A stretch of 64,000 nucleotides of DNA. It comes from Kiritimatiellia bacterium (GTDB lineage: Bacteria > Verrucomicrobiota > Kiritimatiellia > RFP12 > UBA1067). The stretch is from the NCBI GenBank assembly GCA_050949565.1, contig JBMNFY010000017.1, positions 1,152,001-1,216,000 on the forward strand, written 5' to 3'. Of the stretch, positions 1 through 11,754 are shown in pieces. The translations under genes and the position numbers were made by a program. Under the pieces are notes generated by a model. That model had not been told where the DNA came from, made no database searches, and was given only the letters and a program-made list of their open reading frames with translations. How positions within the stretch are numbered: the stretch's first letter is position 1; every line of letters begins with the position of its first letter.

Positions 1-476
1 TCCAGGGTTGCGAGTTCAACTGCGTACCGATCGGCGATGACTATGGCGCTTTCAGCATCATCTCTTCCGGAACAGTCATCACGCCGTCAGACTTCGATGG
101 TGGCATTCTGAAGCGCACGTTCGCCGATTCCGAAACCGCTTGGTTTAAAAAAATCTTCAACGTGGCCGCCCGCATGCAGCCGTTCTACATGGGCGACTTC
201 TACCCTTTGACCGATGAGACCGGCGCCGGCAACGACCTCTGGTGCGCGTGGCAATGCCACCGGCCTGATTTGCAAGCGGGCTTCGCGCTCTTTTTCCGGC
301 GCGCTGACGCCAAGGAGGACTCCCGTGCGTTCAAGCTCGGCGGAATTGATTCCGACGCGGCTTATCACGTGGAGACTTACGGCGGCTCCGACCAATCCGT
401 CAAAGGTGCTGAACTCGAAAACCTGACCGTCAAGCTCGATCCCCGCTCATTCCGCCTGATCTTCTACAAAAAGTAA
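1..476 (+). CDS. C-terminal part of probable alpha-galactosidase (GH36-like), 5'-truncated by window
   Basis: Frame open from position 3 to stop at 476; GDFYPLT..W.AWQ..RPD...GFALFFRR resembles GH36 C-terminal beta-sandwich. Confidence 0.6.
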   Translation, partial: QGCEFNCVPIGDDYGAFSIISSGTVITPSDFDGGILKRTFADSETAWFKKIFNVAARMQPFYMGDFYPLTDETGAGNDLWCAWQCHRPDLQAGFALFFRRADAKEDSRAFKLGGIDSDAAYHVETYGGSDQSVKGAELENLTVKLDPRSFRLIFYKK

Positions 477-604
477 GAGGCCTCAAAGAAGCAGAATGAT
501 CTGGCCTGCTTGGCCACTCTCGATATCGACTCGCTTGAAGTCTCCCGTCTGTGGATAAAAAAACCGAGCACTGCCCGAACCAACCAATGCACGAAAGAAC
601 TTCC

Positions 605-2313
<1,709 letters not shown>

Positions 2314-3180
2314 TTATCCCAGCGACTCTGCGCCGCTGACGATTTCAGTCAATTCATTGGTGATCGCCGCCTGCCGGGCACGGTTGCGCAACAGGATCAA
2401 ATCACTCTCCATCCGCCTCAGGTTGATGGTGGCATTCTCCATCGCCATGACCCGTGCGGCGTGCTCGCCTGCGGCGCTGTGGAGCAGGCAGGTGTACAGT
2501 CCCAGGTGCAGCCACTGCCGCGCCAGCGCGGTGATCATGCGGTCGTCGGACGGTTCGATGATCATCTTCGGCGACTTGCCCTTTCTGGCAATCGTACCTT
2601 TCTCAAACGGCAGCAGCCGTTCGATCTTTGTCTCTTGCGTCAGGGTGTTCACAAACCGGTTACTCACGACCCACACCTCGTCATAGCGGCCAGCCATAAA
2701 AGCGTCCATTGTAAAACTTGAGAGCGCGACCGTTTCTTGAGACGACGGATGCGCGGCAACCGTGAGCGGCGTCATGTAGGGCGTGATTTCCGCCTTGAGC
2801 GCCGCATACCCTTTTTGTCCGGCGTAGAGTGCCTCCAACTGCGCACCGCGCTTCTCTGTCTGCTCGTTCGCCCACCGCCGCGCCTCACGGATCACCGAGT
2901 TGTTGAACGCGCCGCAGAACCCACGATGGGAGGTGATTACCACCAGCAAAATACGGCTGTCCTGCGTGGGCGGCGCGGCACACACGCGGTGACGGGCGGC
3001 GTTCAGTCCGTACACGATCGGTTGCAGACCGCGCAAGATTTCGGCAAAAGGCTCAGGCTGGCGCAACTCGGCCTGCGCCCGATGCAGGTGCGAGGCGGCC
3101 ACCATCTTCATGGTCGCCGTCACGCGCCGTATGCCGCTCATCGAGGCGAGCCGCGTGCTGTATTCACGAAAATTTGCCAT
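2314..3180 (-). CDS. atpG: F1 ATP synthase gamma subunit
   Basis: TATMKMVAAS, RGFCGAFN, ARQAAITNELTEIVSGAE. Confidence 0.96.
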   Translation of the reverse strand: MANFREYSTRLASMSGIRRVTATMKMVAASHLHRAQAELRQPEPFAEILRGLQPIVYGLNAARHRVCAAPPTQDSRILLVVITSHRGFCGAFNNSVIREARRWANEQTEKRGAQLEALYAGQKGYAALKAEITPYMTPLTVAAHPSSQETVALSSFTMDAFMAGRYDEVWVVSNRFVNTLTQETKIERLLPFEKGTIARKGKSPKMIIEPSDDRMITALARQWLHLGLYTCLLHSAAGEHAARVMAMENATINLRRMESDLILLRNRARQAAITNELTEIVSGAESLG

Positions 3181-3210
3181 GGTTCAACCGTCCGTCCGCC
3201 GGATCCGCAC

Positions 3211-4734
3211 TCACCCTTTCCTGAAGGGCTGCACGGCCTCTTCGATCAACGCCGCGAGCATCTTTGAAAGTTCTTCGTCCATCACAGGGTTCGCCGCGAA
3301 ACGCGCGGCGTAGGTGCGGCCCGCCTCACGCATATCGATCGCTTCGTACAATGCCTTGATCGCCTCCGGCAACCGTTTCTCCGGCACCTTCACAAGCGCC
3401 TTCTGGACACCGGCGGCCAGCGCGGCCACCTGCTTCTCGACCGATACCGGTTTGTTGGGCGGCTGGCGGAGCACCTGCATCAGCGAGCGCCCCACCGCCA
3501 GTTGCTCGACCGTGTTAGCGTCGAGGTCCGACGAAAAGCGCATGAAGGCTTCGAGTTCGCGATACTGCGCCAGTAGCACGCGCAACGGGCCGGCTGTCTG
3601 CTTCATGGCCTTGACCTGTGCGTCGCCGCCGACACGCGACACCGAGATGCCCGGATTGATTGCCGGACGCTGTCCCTCGTTGAACAGGTCGGACTCCAAA
3701 AAGATCTGGCCGTCCGTGATCGAGATCACGTTGGTCGGAATGTAGGCCGAGATGTCGTTGGCCTGCGTCTCGACAATCGGCAGCGCGGTCAAGCTGCCGC
3801 CGCCCTTGGCGTCCGAGAGTTTGGCCGCCCGCTCCAGCAGACGGCTGTGCAGATAGAAGACGTCGCCGGGGAAGGCCTCGCGTCCCGGCGGTCGCCGCAG
3901 CAACAGCGATATCTGCCGGTAAGCCTGCGCGTGTTTGGTGAGATCGTCATAAACCACCAGCGCGTGCTCACCTCGATCACGCCAATACTCGGCCATCGCG
4001 CATCCGGAATAGGGTGCCAGATATTGCAGCGGTGCGGGATCCGAGGCGTTGGCCAGAATGATCGTCGTATAGGCCATCGCGTCCTTTTCCATCAGCAGTT
4101 TGTGCAACGCGGCGACGGTCGAGAGCTTCTGGCCGATCGCCACGTAAAAGCAGTGGACGCCGGTACCGGCTTGATGCAGGATCGTGTCGATCGCCAGCGT
4201 GGTCTTGCCGGTTTTGCGGTCGCCGATAATCAGTTCACGCTGGCCGCGTCCGATCGGCGTCAGCGCGTCGATCGCCAGAATGCCGGTCTGCAACGGCTCG
4301 CACACATTCTTACGCTCGGTGATCGACGGCGCGAAACCCTCGACCGGCAACTGTTCATCGGTGATGACTGCGCCGCGACCGTCCAACGGCCGCCCCAGCG
4401 CATCCACCACGCGGCCGGTCAGCGCCGGGCCGACCGGCACCGAGACGACGCGGCCGGTTCTGCGGAGAAGATCGCCTTCACGTACATGGGTGACATCATC
4501 GAGAATCGCCACGCCGACCGACTCTTCCTCAAGGTTCAACGCCAATCCGGCCACACCGTCTTCGGTTTCGACCAGTTCGTTGAACATGACACTGGAGAGG
4601 CCATCTACGCGCGCGATACCATCGCCGACGCTCAGCACCGTTCCTACCTCGGCGACGTCTATCGGCTGGTCTACCTGCTGCATCTGACGACGCAATAGGG
4701 CCGCGATTTCATCGGGTTTCAATTGAATCTTCAT
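3211..4734 (-). CDS. atpA: F1 ATP synthase alpha subunit
   Basis: [43 protein letters not shown]. Confidence 0.98.
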   Translation of the reverse strand: MKIQLKPDEIAALLRRQMQQVDQPIDVAEVGTVLSVGDGIARVDGLSSVMFNELVETEDGVAGLALNLEEESVGVAILDDVTHVREGDLLRRTGRVVSVPVGPALTGRVVDALGRPLDGRGAVITDEQLPVEGFAPSITERKNVCEPLQTGILAIDALTPIGRGQRELIIGDRKTGKTTLAIDTILHQAGTGVHCFYVAIGQKLSTVAALHKLLMEKDAMAYTTIILANASDPAPLQYLAPYSGCAMAEYWRDRGEHALVVYDDLTKHAQAYRQISLLLRRPPGREAFPGDVFYLHSRLLERAAKLSDAKGGGSLTALPIVETQANDISAYIPTNVISITDGQIFLESDLFNEGQRPAINPGISVSRVGGDAQVKAMKQTAGPLRVLLAQYRELEAFMRFSSDLDANTVEQLAVGRSLMQVLRQPPNKPVSVEKQVAALAAGVQKALVKVPEKRLPEAIKALYEAIDMREAGRTYAARFAANPVMDEELSKMLAALIEEAVQPFRKG

Positions 4735-5318
4735 GCCTGTTTTCCACTCTCATTCTCTCCCGCTGCCACAGGCACGGGTTTGCGCAGGCTCACACGCAGA
4801 CGCTTGAGACGTCCGGCGAGTGACGCATCGATACGCGTGTCATCCACAAAGAGGCGCATGCCAGCGATCAACTCCGGATCGGTGAGCACGGTCACCTCCA
4901 TCTCCGGACCGCGCGTCGCCGCCACCCAGTTGCGGACGCGCGCGACTTGCTCTTCGGTCGGTTCGCACGCGAAGCTCATCTGCACCCGGCTGCATCCCCG
5001 CGCCCGCGCTGCCAACTGCTGATACTGCACGCAGATATCGGGCAGTAGCGCAAGCTGGTCATGCTGCGCCACGGCTTCCAGAAACCGCACAACGATCTCC
5101 GGCAGTTTGCCTTCAAAGAGCTGTCGCACCTGCTTGACGCGTGCGCGGATGCCGCCCGGTTGGCGGGTGCGGCAGAACTGACGCCACTCCGGCGACACCT
5201 GCCAGAGTTGCTCCAGCGCGACCACATTCGCCGTCACAAGTGTTTCTTCGCGTCGGGCTGCGGCCGCACCTTGCAGGGCGCGCGCGAAGGCCTGCGCGTA
5301 GCGCTCATTGCGGGTCAT
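4731..5318 (-). CDS. atpH: ATP synthase delta subunit
   Basis: RYAQA N-terminus, DPELIAG...IDASL C-terminus, position between atpF and atpA. Confidence 0.88.
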   Translation of the reverse strand: MTRNERYAQAFARALQGAAAARREETLVTANVVALEQLWQVSPEWRQFCRTRQPGGIRARVKQVRQLFEGKLPEIVVRFLEAVAQHDQLALLPDICVQYQQLAARARGCSRVQMSFACEPTEEQVARVRNWVAATRGPEMEVTVLTDPELIAGMRLFVDDTRIDASLAGRLKRLRVSLRKPVPVAAGENESGKQA

Positions 5319-5876
5319 GCCGTCACCTCGCCCACCACAGACTGCTGATAGGCGCGGCGCTGCTCCTCGGTCAGTTCGTGGCGCAGAAACTGCTCCAGCG
5401 TATCGCAGAGCTGATCAGCCGCAGAGCTGCGGACCGCCTCAATCGCCCGGAGCTGCTCGGCGGCGATCGACCGCTGGGCTTCCTCGATCCGGCGCTGCGC
5501 CATTGCTTTGGATTCGTCTTCGGCGCGTGTCAGCATGTCGGTTGCCTCGCGCACAGCGCGCTCGGTCACCTCGCGTGCTTCGGCGGCGGCGCGCGCCACC
5601 GATCTCCCGACGCCGCGTCTCGACTTCGGCCAGTTCACGCCGCGCGCGCTCCGCGCCTTCCAGCGCTTCGCTGATCGAGCGCTCACGCCCCTCGACCGCG
5701 CGCAGGATCGGCTTCCAAAGCAATTTGTGCAGCAAAAAGGCGGTGAGGCCGAAAGCCAGCCAGGTCAGCAGGATCATCTTGTCAGAGATCTGCATGACAT
5801 CGCTCGGCATTTGCTGCAACGGCTCCGGCACGCCGGGCACCGCTGTGGTCGCCGCAGTGTGTTCCACGTCGCTCAT
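5315..5876 (-). pseudogene. atpF: ATP synthase b subunit, split by a +1 frameshift at ~5600 (true lesion or consensus error)
   Basis: N-half (TWLAF..LLWKPILRAVEGRE..I) in ORF 5439..5876; coiled-coil C-half in ORF 5315..5686; removing one base in GAG ATC G GTG joins them. Confidence 0.85.
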
Positions 5877-5916
5877 GCTCGCACCCTTACCCGGGCCTTG
5901 ACAGCCCGGTTACGCG

Positions 5917-6135
5917 TCAGCCCTTCATCAGACAGATCACGAGCGCGAACAGCGCTGCGCCTTCGATAAAGGCCGCGCCGATAATCATCGCGGTCTGCAG
6001 TTTGGGCTGTATTTCAGGCTGCCGCGCCATGCACTGCAGGCCGACCGCGCACACTCCGCCGATGCCCAACGCTGCGGCGATCATAACGATGCCGGCACCG
6101 AGCGCTGCGGAAACCTCTGCCAAGGGAATCATCAT
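5917..6135 (-). CDS. atpE: ATP synthase c subunit
   Basis: Two TM helices, ARQPE loop, conserved Glu in AFIEGAALFA. Confidence 0.96.
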   Translation of the reverse strand: MMIPLAEVSAALGAGIVMIAAALGIGGVCAVGLQCMARQPEIQPKLQTAMIIGAAFIEGAALFALVICLMKG

Positions 6136-6151
6136 TGTATACCTCGTGTGT

Positions 6152-6931
6152 TTAGTGTTCAGGATTGACCATCATGCCCATAAAAATCGACGACAGCAGG
6201 GTAAAGACATACGCCTGCAGGAAAGCCACAAACAGTTCAAAGACGTACATCGCCATCGTTACCACCATTACCGGTGTTGCCATCAAACCGAACATCGCGA
6301 TCAACCCCAGCAAAGAGTAGATCACGATATGGCCCGCCAACATGTTGCAGAACAGACGCATGGTCAGTGCGAAGGCGCGTGAAAGAAAACTGACAACTTC
6401 CATGACCGCCATGATCGGTGTCAACCAGACCGGGAGACCGCCCGGCACAAACGCCGCCTTGAGCCCGCGCCAGCCGTGCGCGTGGATCACGGCGGTCAGG
6501 CTCGCCGCCATGAAGATGGTCGCCAAGCCGGCGGTCACGTTGACATTGCCGGTTGCCGTACTGAAAAGCGGGATCAGCCCCAGCAGATTCGAGAACAAGA
6601 TAAAGATAAACAGCGAGCAGAAAAAGGAGAGCGTCCTGTGGCCGGCACGGTCGCCGAAGTTGGGGCGCACGATCTGGTCACGGATAAAGACCACGTACGC
6701 CTCAGCCACCGCCGCGAGCCCTTTTGGAATCGCCGTGTGGGAACGGCGGACGGCCCAGGCGGTGGCGACAAGCAACGCCCCCACCACAAAGACCATCACC
6801 GAGTCATAGCGGAACCACTCCAGCGCATCAATGCGGAAAAACGGCAGATTCCATGCGTCGAGCGATCCCGCGTGATGCATCACGTGGTGATTGATAAACT
6901 GACTGACAGCCTCTTGATTTCCTGTGCTCAT
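6152..6931 (-). CDS. atpB: ATP synthase a subunit
   Basis: NLLGLIP, ALTMRLFCNMLAGH (conserved Arg), FELFVAFLQAYVF. Confidence 0.96.
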   Translation of the reverse strand: MSTGNQEAVSQFINHHVMHHAGSLDAWNLPFFRIDALEWFRYDSVMVFVVGALLVATAWAVRRSHTAIPKGLAAVAEAYVVFIRDQIVRPNFGDRAGHRTLSFFCSLFIFILFSNLLGLIPLFSTATGNVNVTAGLATIFMAASLTAVIHAHGWRGLKAAFVPGGLPVWLTPIMAVMEVVSFLSRAFALTMRLFCNMLAGHIVIYSLLGLIAMFGLMATPVMVVTMAMYVFELFVAFLQAYVFTLLSSIFMGMMVNPEH

Positions 6932-7069
6932 ATGTGACCGCTACCCGCCTATTGCCACGAGACCGCAAGGGCGCCGCAAGGCGGCAACCATTCATATCGT
7001 GTCGCGATAATGTCTTACTTACAGGCAACGCACACAAAATACTGACGCACCTCATGACAATGCCGTATG

Positions 7070-7099
7070 ATTATACGTGACACCGCGCGGACTTGTCAA
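7070..7099 (-). promoter_or_regulatory. sigma70-type promoter of atp operon
   Basis: TTGACA-18 nt-TATAAT on minus strand upstream of atpB. Confidence 0.8.
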
Positions 7100-7280
7100 C
7101 GTGCGCGCCGTCGTTGCGCGCACGCGCGAGTTTAGGGAAAATTTAGGATTTAGGATTTAGGGTTTGGTGAATTGACCCGCCATCGCCGATCCGGTATTCT
7201 ATCCCCATGTTTGAGAAGGTACAGAACATAGCTGATAACTTTGGCCCGAGTGGGCGTACCGTGTAATGAAAAGGAAGTGA

Positions 7281-8213
7281 GTGGCCATGTCTAATCCCGT
7301 AAGAGCCGCATTCATTGAAGAACTGACTAGGCGTTTCGGTGCCCCGCGAAAGCTGGAGTGTTCCCAGTCGTTGTATGAGGTGGGGCGTGATTCAGTCAGG
7401 CTCTACTTTCGTTACTCTAAAAAACATCCTCGCAATCGGACGTTCTTTGGCCTTCGCAAACTAGACCTCCAGGCACTCGAAGGCCACCACGGGGTTCTCT
7501 GTTTCTTCTGGGAAGATCAACGAGATCCATTATTTGTTCCATTTGAGCAGTTCGAAGAAGTTTTCGCGGGGTTGACCCCTGCTAGTGACGGACAGATTAA
7601 GGCCCAAGTATACGATCAAATTGGCGGTACCGAACTGTACTTGGCGAATGCAGGCAGATTCAATGTCGAGAGTTTTATGGGATGGGATTTCTTAGAATCC
7701 ATGATTCGGCCTGCTGACACAACGATTCCCGATCTTACCCATAGTCAGGTTCAAACACTTCTTGGCGGAATTGGAGTGGCCAAGGGTTTTGATGTTTGGA
7801 TACCGCCGAACGACAGGGCCGGTCTCGACTGGAATCTGACGCCACGTTTTCGTCCAGTAACGGTTCTTCCGTCTGCTCTCACAACAGTCAAAGAGATCGC
7901 AGAGGAGATTGATGTGATTTGGATAGATCGCGGTGGTGGTACGCCTGCGGCTCTTTATGAGGTGGAGCACTCAACGCCTGTCTACTCAGGACTACTTCGT
8001 TTCAATGATGTTCATCTTGAGGCTCCCAATTTCAATCTTCGATTCGGTATCGTTTCTAACGATAGCCGTCGGGCTCTTTTTGTTAGGCAACTTGCCCGAC
8101 CGACATTTAAAGCCAGCGGTTTGAGGGAGATTTGCACTTTTTTTGAGTACCGGAACGTGTTCGGCTGGCATCAACGTATGCGCGCTGGAGGGCAGGTACA
8201 TGGCCAAGGATAA
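7281..8213 (+). CDS. putative PD-(D/E)XK-like restriction endonuclease-type protein
   Basis: C-terminal HSQVQ..L..IG...GFDVWIP.ND and EIDVIW...YEVEHST..YSGLLR.ND pattern; lower GC than flanks. Confidence 0.6.
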   Translation: MAMSNPVRAAFIEELTRRFGAPRKLECSQSLYEVGRDSVRLYFRYSKKHPRNRTFFGLRKLDLQALEGHHGVLCFFWEDQRDPLFVPFEQFEEVFAGLTPASDGQIKAQVYDQIGGTELYLANAGRFNVESFMGWDFLESMIRPADTTIPDLTHSQVQTLLGGIGVAKGFDVWIPPNDRAGLDWNLTPRFRPVTVLPSALTTVKEIAEEIDVIWIDRGGGTPAALYEVEHSTPVYSGLLRFNDVHLEAPNFNLRFGIVSNDSRRALFVRQLARPTFKASGLREICTFFEYRNVFGWHQRMRAGGQVHGQG

Positions 8214-8403
8214 CTGTGAGAAGATTTGGGTTGCCGTGCGAGTTCAACGTGGTTTCGTAGCTGATGTAAGAGCGTATCGTGACCTTGCGGCAGCCCGTCG
8301 TACAATACGTCGGTGGCGGCAACGAATGAACCCAGATTATGATGAAACCGGACTTTCATCTGTTGTCCTGAACCCGCGCCGTTGCCCGACGTCGACTACT
8401 TGA
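8200..8403 (+). CDS. small hypothetical protein (67 aa)
   Basis: ATG at 8200 after GGAGGG, overlapping upstream stop. Confidence 0.4.
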   Translation: MAKDNCEKIWVAVRVQRGFVADVRAYRDLAAARRTIRRWRQRMNPDYDETGLSSVVLNPRRCPTSTT

Positions 8404-8753
8404 TTCGGAAGACACTTACCATGTCGGCCAAAGAGCAGAAGAAGGAAATTGAGGAGGCAGGCGAGGAGCCGATACTCAGTTATAATCAGACCGATTTCGT
8501 GAAGGATCGTGTGGCCGTTGAGGTGCAATTCGGCAAATATTCGTTTGTGGCATACGATCTTTTTGTCAAGCACCTGGCCTTTTTCGTCCGCGATCAAATT
8601 GACGTCGGAATTGAGATACTGCCCATGAAGTCACTTCAAAAACATATGAGTTCTGGCGTGGCTTACTACGAAGGCGAGTTTTACAATATCGTCAGGCAGG
8701 GTCGTGGTGTCCCGTCGGTTCCGCTTGTCATACTGGGCATTGATGCCCAATAA
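8382..8753 (+). pseudogene. BglII/BstYI-family type II restriction endonuclease, C-terminal fragment
   Basis: NQTDFVKDRVAVEVQFGKY...DVGIEILP catalytic region; only 123 aa, TTG start, N-terminal part missing. Confidence 0.72.
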
Positions 8754-8885
8754 AAGGCACTCCAGTGCTTTATAGCTCGCCAAGTGCGATAAAAACGGAA
8801 TTGCTTTCGCCCTTATCCTTGGGGTTGCGGACTTCGTCCGCGTTGGGAGCTAGGAGCATTGGAGTCGGCACGTCAACTTTCAACT

Positions 8886-8967
8886 AGGGCTCTTGCAAAA
8901 TCCCTCGTGGCATGGGCGTCCCGCCCATGAAACATAGGCAAGATGCCCGTGCCACACCTGCAAGCAA
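8886..8967. repeat. partial copy of 101-bp REP-doublet element (one terminal arm plus core)
   Basis: GGGCTCTTGCAAAATCCCTC GTGGCATGGGCGTCCCGCCCATG AAA CATAGGCAAGATGCCCGTGCCAC. Confidence 0.85.
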
Positions 8968-8979
8968 CTCTCAACCAGC

Positions 8980-10794
8980 CTACCACGCATAAGTGAGCGA
9001 TGCATAAAATCGGCGGCCGGCGGGTTCTTGGCCGGGATAAAGTTGAAAGTCGTCGTCCAGCAGATTGCTGACGCCCGCGTTGAGGGTGGCGCGCTCGGTG
9101 GCGGGTACGCGCCACTGCAGTTCGGCACCGGTATCGAAAAACCAGTCGTCATGGGCGCGCGCACGGTTGCTGGCATAGTTCGAGACACCTTGCCTGACAC
9201 GCACTGAAAGGTCGCGCGAGAAACGGTGCCGCACGCTCACCCCCGCCTCGGCATTCGGATAGTCCATCGCGTAGCGGCTGGCGTGGAAGTCGGTGTCGCA
9301 CCGCTTTGACAGGGCGAGTAAATCAACCCCGACGCCGGTATCGGCCGTAAGATCCAAGTGCGCTTCTGCCGTGCCGCCCCAGGTCTTGATGTCGTCCAGA
9401 TTGACCGCTTCCCAGCGTCCGCCCGGATTGCGTTTGAGCCAGTCCACGATGTTCGCGCCGCGTTCATGAAATAGGGCCGTGCGCCACGTCAGCCTTTCGG
9501 TCTGACCTTTCCAGCCGACCTCTGCCGTGCGCGTGCGCTGACGTTTCAGGCCGGCATGACCGAGTGACGACGGAGATTCGTAGTTCAACTCGGTGTAGGA
9601 GGGTTGCCGGACGGCTTCGGTGTAGGAGAGGAAAAGGATGTGCGTGTCTGAAACCATCCATTCGACGCCCGCCGCAGGCAACCAGGCGGCCGAATCGCTG
9701 GAGAAGAGATCCAGCGAACCTCCCGCCGTCCAGACGAAAGGCCCCGTGGTGAGATTCGGCAAGGCGGCGAACGCGGCGTGGCTGCGCGTGTGGTCGCCGA
9801 GCGACGAGCTGTCGATCGTCTCCAAGTCGGCGTCGGCGCGCAGGTCGACAGAGAATGTCTCATTGAAGGTCCGGCGTGTGTCGCCATGGATCGCCAGAAA
9901 ATCGGTGGTGTGGTCGTTCTCGAAGAAAGAGTGCCGGTGACGATCCAGCCAGTAGGTGTCGTCGGTACGCGACCAGGCGGCCGAGAGACGGGCGGGTTGA
10001 AGCGGATCTTCCGTGAAGCGCAACGTCCCCGCGAGAAGGGCGTCCGATCTACGCTCCTCGGCAGGGTATTTGCGGTCAGTGCCGTAAAAGCCGCGCGCGC
10101 CGAATTCGCGCCAAGAGAGGGCGGTGATGAGGTCGCCCTGCAGGGCGTCGCTCGCGGCACCGACGCGGGCGCCGGCAGCGACGCGCATCAGATCATTGTC
10201 GCTTTCGCCGTCGGTCTGGTCGGCATGGTCGAATAAAAGGAACGACGAAACACCGGCCGTCGCGCCGCCGTCGAGCGTACCGGTCTCGGTGGCCAGCACG
10301 TTGCCGAAGAGGACGCCTTTATTCCCCGCGCCCGCCGTGATGACGCGCTGGCGTTCACGGATAGGGGCAAGGTTCAGACTGACCGAACCGGATGGATGGC
10401 CCGGTGCAGTACGGAAGCGGTCGAGCCCGGTCAGGACTGTGGGCGTGTCGAACCAGACATCCGGCGCGGGCATGTCGGCATGCCAGTGCTCGGTCTGGGC
10501 GTTGCGCAGGGTGAGGCCATTGAGCAGCAGGCCCGTGCTGTTGAAGGGGCTGCCGCGCACCGAGAGATCGGCCTGCGGGCTGCCCGCGCCTTGGTCGCGA
10601 ACCGTCAGGCCAGGAACCTCTTTGAGAAGTGAGGGGCCGGGACGCACGACAGGAGAGAGCGGTGTGGCCTCAACGTGAATCACCCAATTGGTGTCCGGCG
10701 GCACGGGCGTGGTCTGTGCATCGGCAACGTCGGCGCACAGTAGGGACGCAATCAGAAGACCGCAGGATAGGCAGTGACGGCACAGAACTTTCAT
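8980..10794 (-). CDS. TonB-dependent receptor (BtuB-like)
   Basis: Signal peptide, plug-like DLSVRGS..N...LLLNG, C-terminal NLLD...GRRFYASLTYAW. Confidence 0.88.
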   Translation of the reverse strand: MKVLCRHCLSCGLLIASLLCADVADAQTTPVPPDTNWVIHVEATPLSPVVRPGPSLLKEVPGLTVRDQGAGSPQADLSVRGSPFNSTGLLLNGLTLRNAQTEHWHADMPAPDVWFDTPTVLTGLDRFRTAPGHPSGSVSLNLAPIRERQRVITAGAGNKGVLFGNVLATETGTLDGGATAGVSSFLLFDHADQTDGESDNDLMRVAAGARVGAASDALQGDLITALSWREFGARGFYGTDRKYPAEERRSDALLAGTLRFTEDPLQPARLSAAWSRTDDTYWLDRHRHSFFENDHTTDFLAIHGDTRRTFNETFSVDLRADADLETIDSSSLGDHTRSHAAFAALPNLTTGPFVWTAGGSLDLFSSDSAAWLPAAGVEWMVSDTHILFLSYTEAVRQPSYTELNYESPSSLGHAGLKRQRTRTAEVGWKGQTERLTWRTALFHERGANIVDWLKRNPGGRWEAVNLDDIKTWGGTAEAHLDLTADTGVGVDLLALSKRCDTDFHASRYAMDYPNAEAGVSVRHRFSRDLSVRVRQGVSNYASNRARAHDDWFFDTGAELQWRVPATERATLNAGVSNLLDDDFQLYPGQEPAGRRFYASLTYAW

Positions 10795-11075
10795 GAGGCG
10801 GGTCAGCGTAGCGTGTCCCGCCGTGATTGTCAATCGGCTCAACCTAAAAAGTAGCCTATTTTTTCGCTTTCTCGATCCCGAATTCGAGCGGCGCATAAAC
10901 GTTGTGCCGCCGCGTACGGCGCGGTAGCACTGGGCAAGTGTCTGCTTACTAAACCTGCGGTGACAAGGGCCGCGCTATGCGCGGGAACAACTCTTAGTCC
11001 TCACTCTTAGTCGAATACACTAACCGATTACCTTGCCTCGCGCCCCCGAGGTGCATTATAGTGGAACCACTTTTT

Positions 11076-11750
11076 ATGTGCGATTCTGACAGAACAGACG
11101 AGCGGCCTTCCCGACAGATCCGGCATGTGATATGGGATTGGAACGGAACCTTGCTGGACGATACCCAAGCGGGGGTCAACGCGGTGAACGGCATGTTGCG
11201 CACGCGCGGCCTGCCGCTATTGGATGTCGCGCGTTACCGCGACATCTTCGGCTTTCCGGTCCGACACTTTTATGAGGCCGTCGGTTTTCAGCTTGAACGC
11301 GAAGACTGGGACGCGATGGCGCGCGAGTTCCACGACCTGTTTCTGGCTGAGCCTGACCTCCGGCTACACCGGGAGGCCACCAACGCGCTCCAGCATTTTT
11401 CCGCCGCAGGGGTCGGCCAGTCGATTCTCTCGGCATCGGAGCAGACCATCCTCGAACGCATGCTGGCAACGTTCGGCATCCAGCATCACTTCACGCACAT
11501 CTGCGGCGTAGACAACCTGTACGGACAGTCGAAACTCGACCTAGGGCGCGCGTTGCTTGCGCGAATTGAGGTCCCTTGTCCGCAGATCCTACTCATCGGC
11601 GATTCGCTACATGACCACGAAGTCGCGGAAGCGCTCAGCGTCCGCTGCCTGCTCATCTCGCAGGGCCATCAATCCCATGCGCGTCTCGCGCAGTGCGGCG
11701 CCCCGGTCTTGCACTGCCTGTCAGACCTGCACGACTGGTTAACGCAGTAA
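11076..11750 (+). CDS. HAD-family hydrolase (phosphoglycolate phosphatase-like)
   Basis: WDWNGTLLD motif I, LSAS, IGDSLHD. Confidence 0.88.
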   Translation: MCDSDRTDERPSRQIRHVIWDWNGTLLDDTQAGVNAVNGMLRTRGLPLLDVARYRDIFGFPVRHFYEAVGFQLEREDWDAMAREFHDLFLAEPDLRLHREATNALQHFSAAGVGQSILSASEQTILERMLATFGIQHHFTHICGVDNLYGQSKLDLGRALLARIEVPCPQILLIGDSLHDHEVAEALSVRCLLISQGHQSHARLAQCGAPVLHCLSDLHDWLTQ

Positions 11751-11754
11751 GTCA

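Noticed and set aside
7131-7165. TTTAGGG-like telomeric repeat
   Set aside because: Dominant unit is TTTAGGA, short and internal in a bacterial chromosome; treated as part of the heptamer family.
10795-11060. Cobalamin riboswitch upstream of the BtuB-like receptor
   Set aside because: A promoter (TTGACA-17-TACGCT) lies only ~10 nt from the ATG and no B12-box was recognised; the hairpins nearby look like degenerate REPs.
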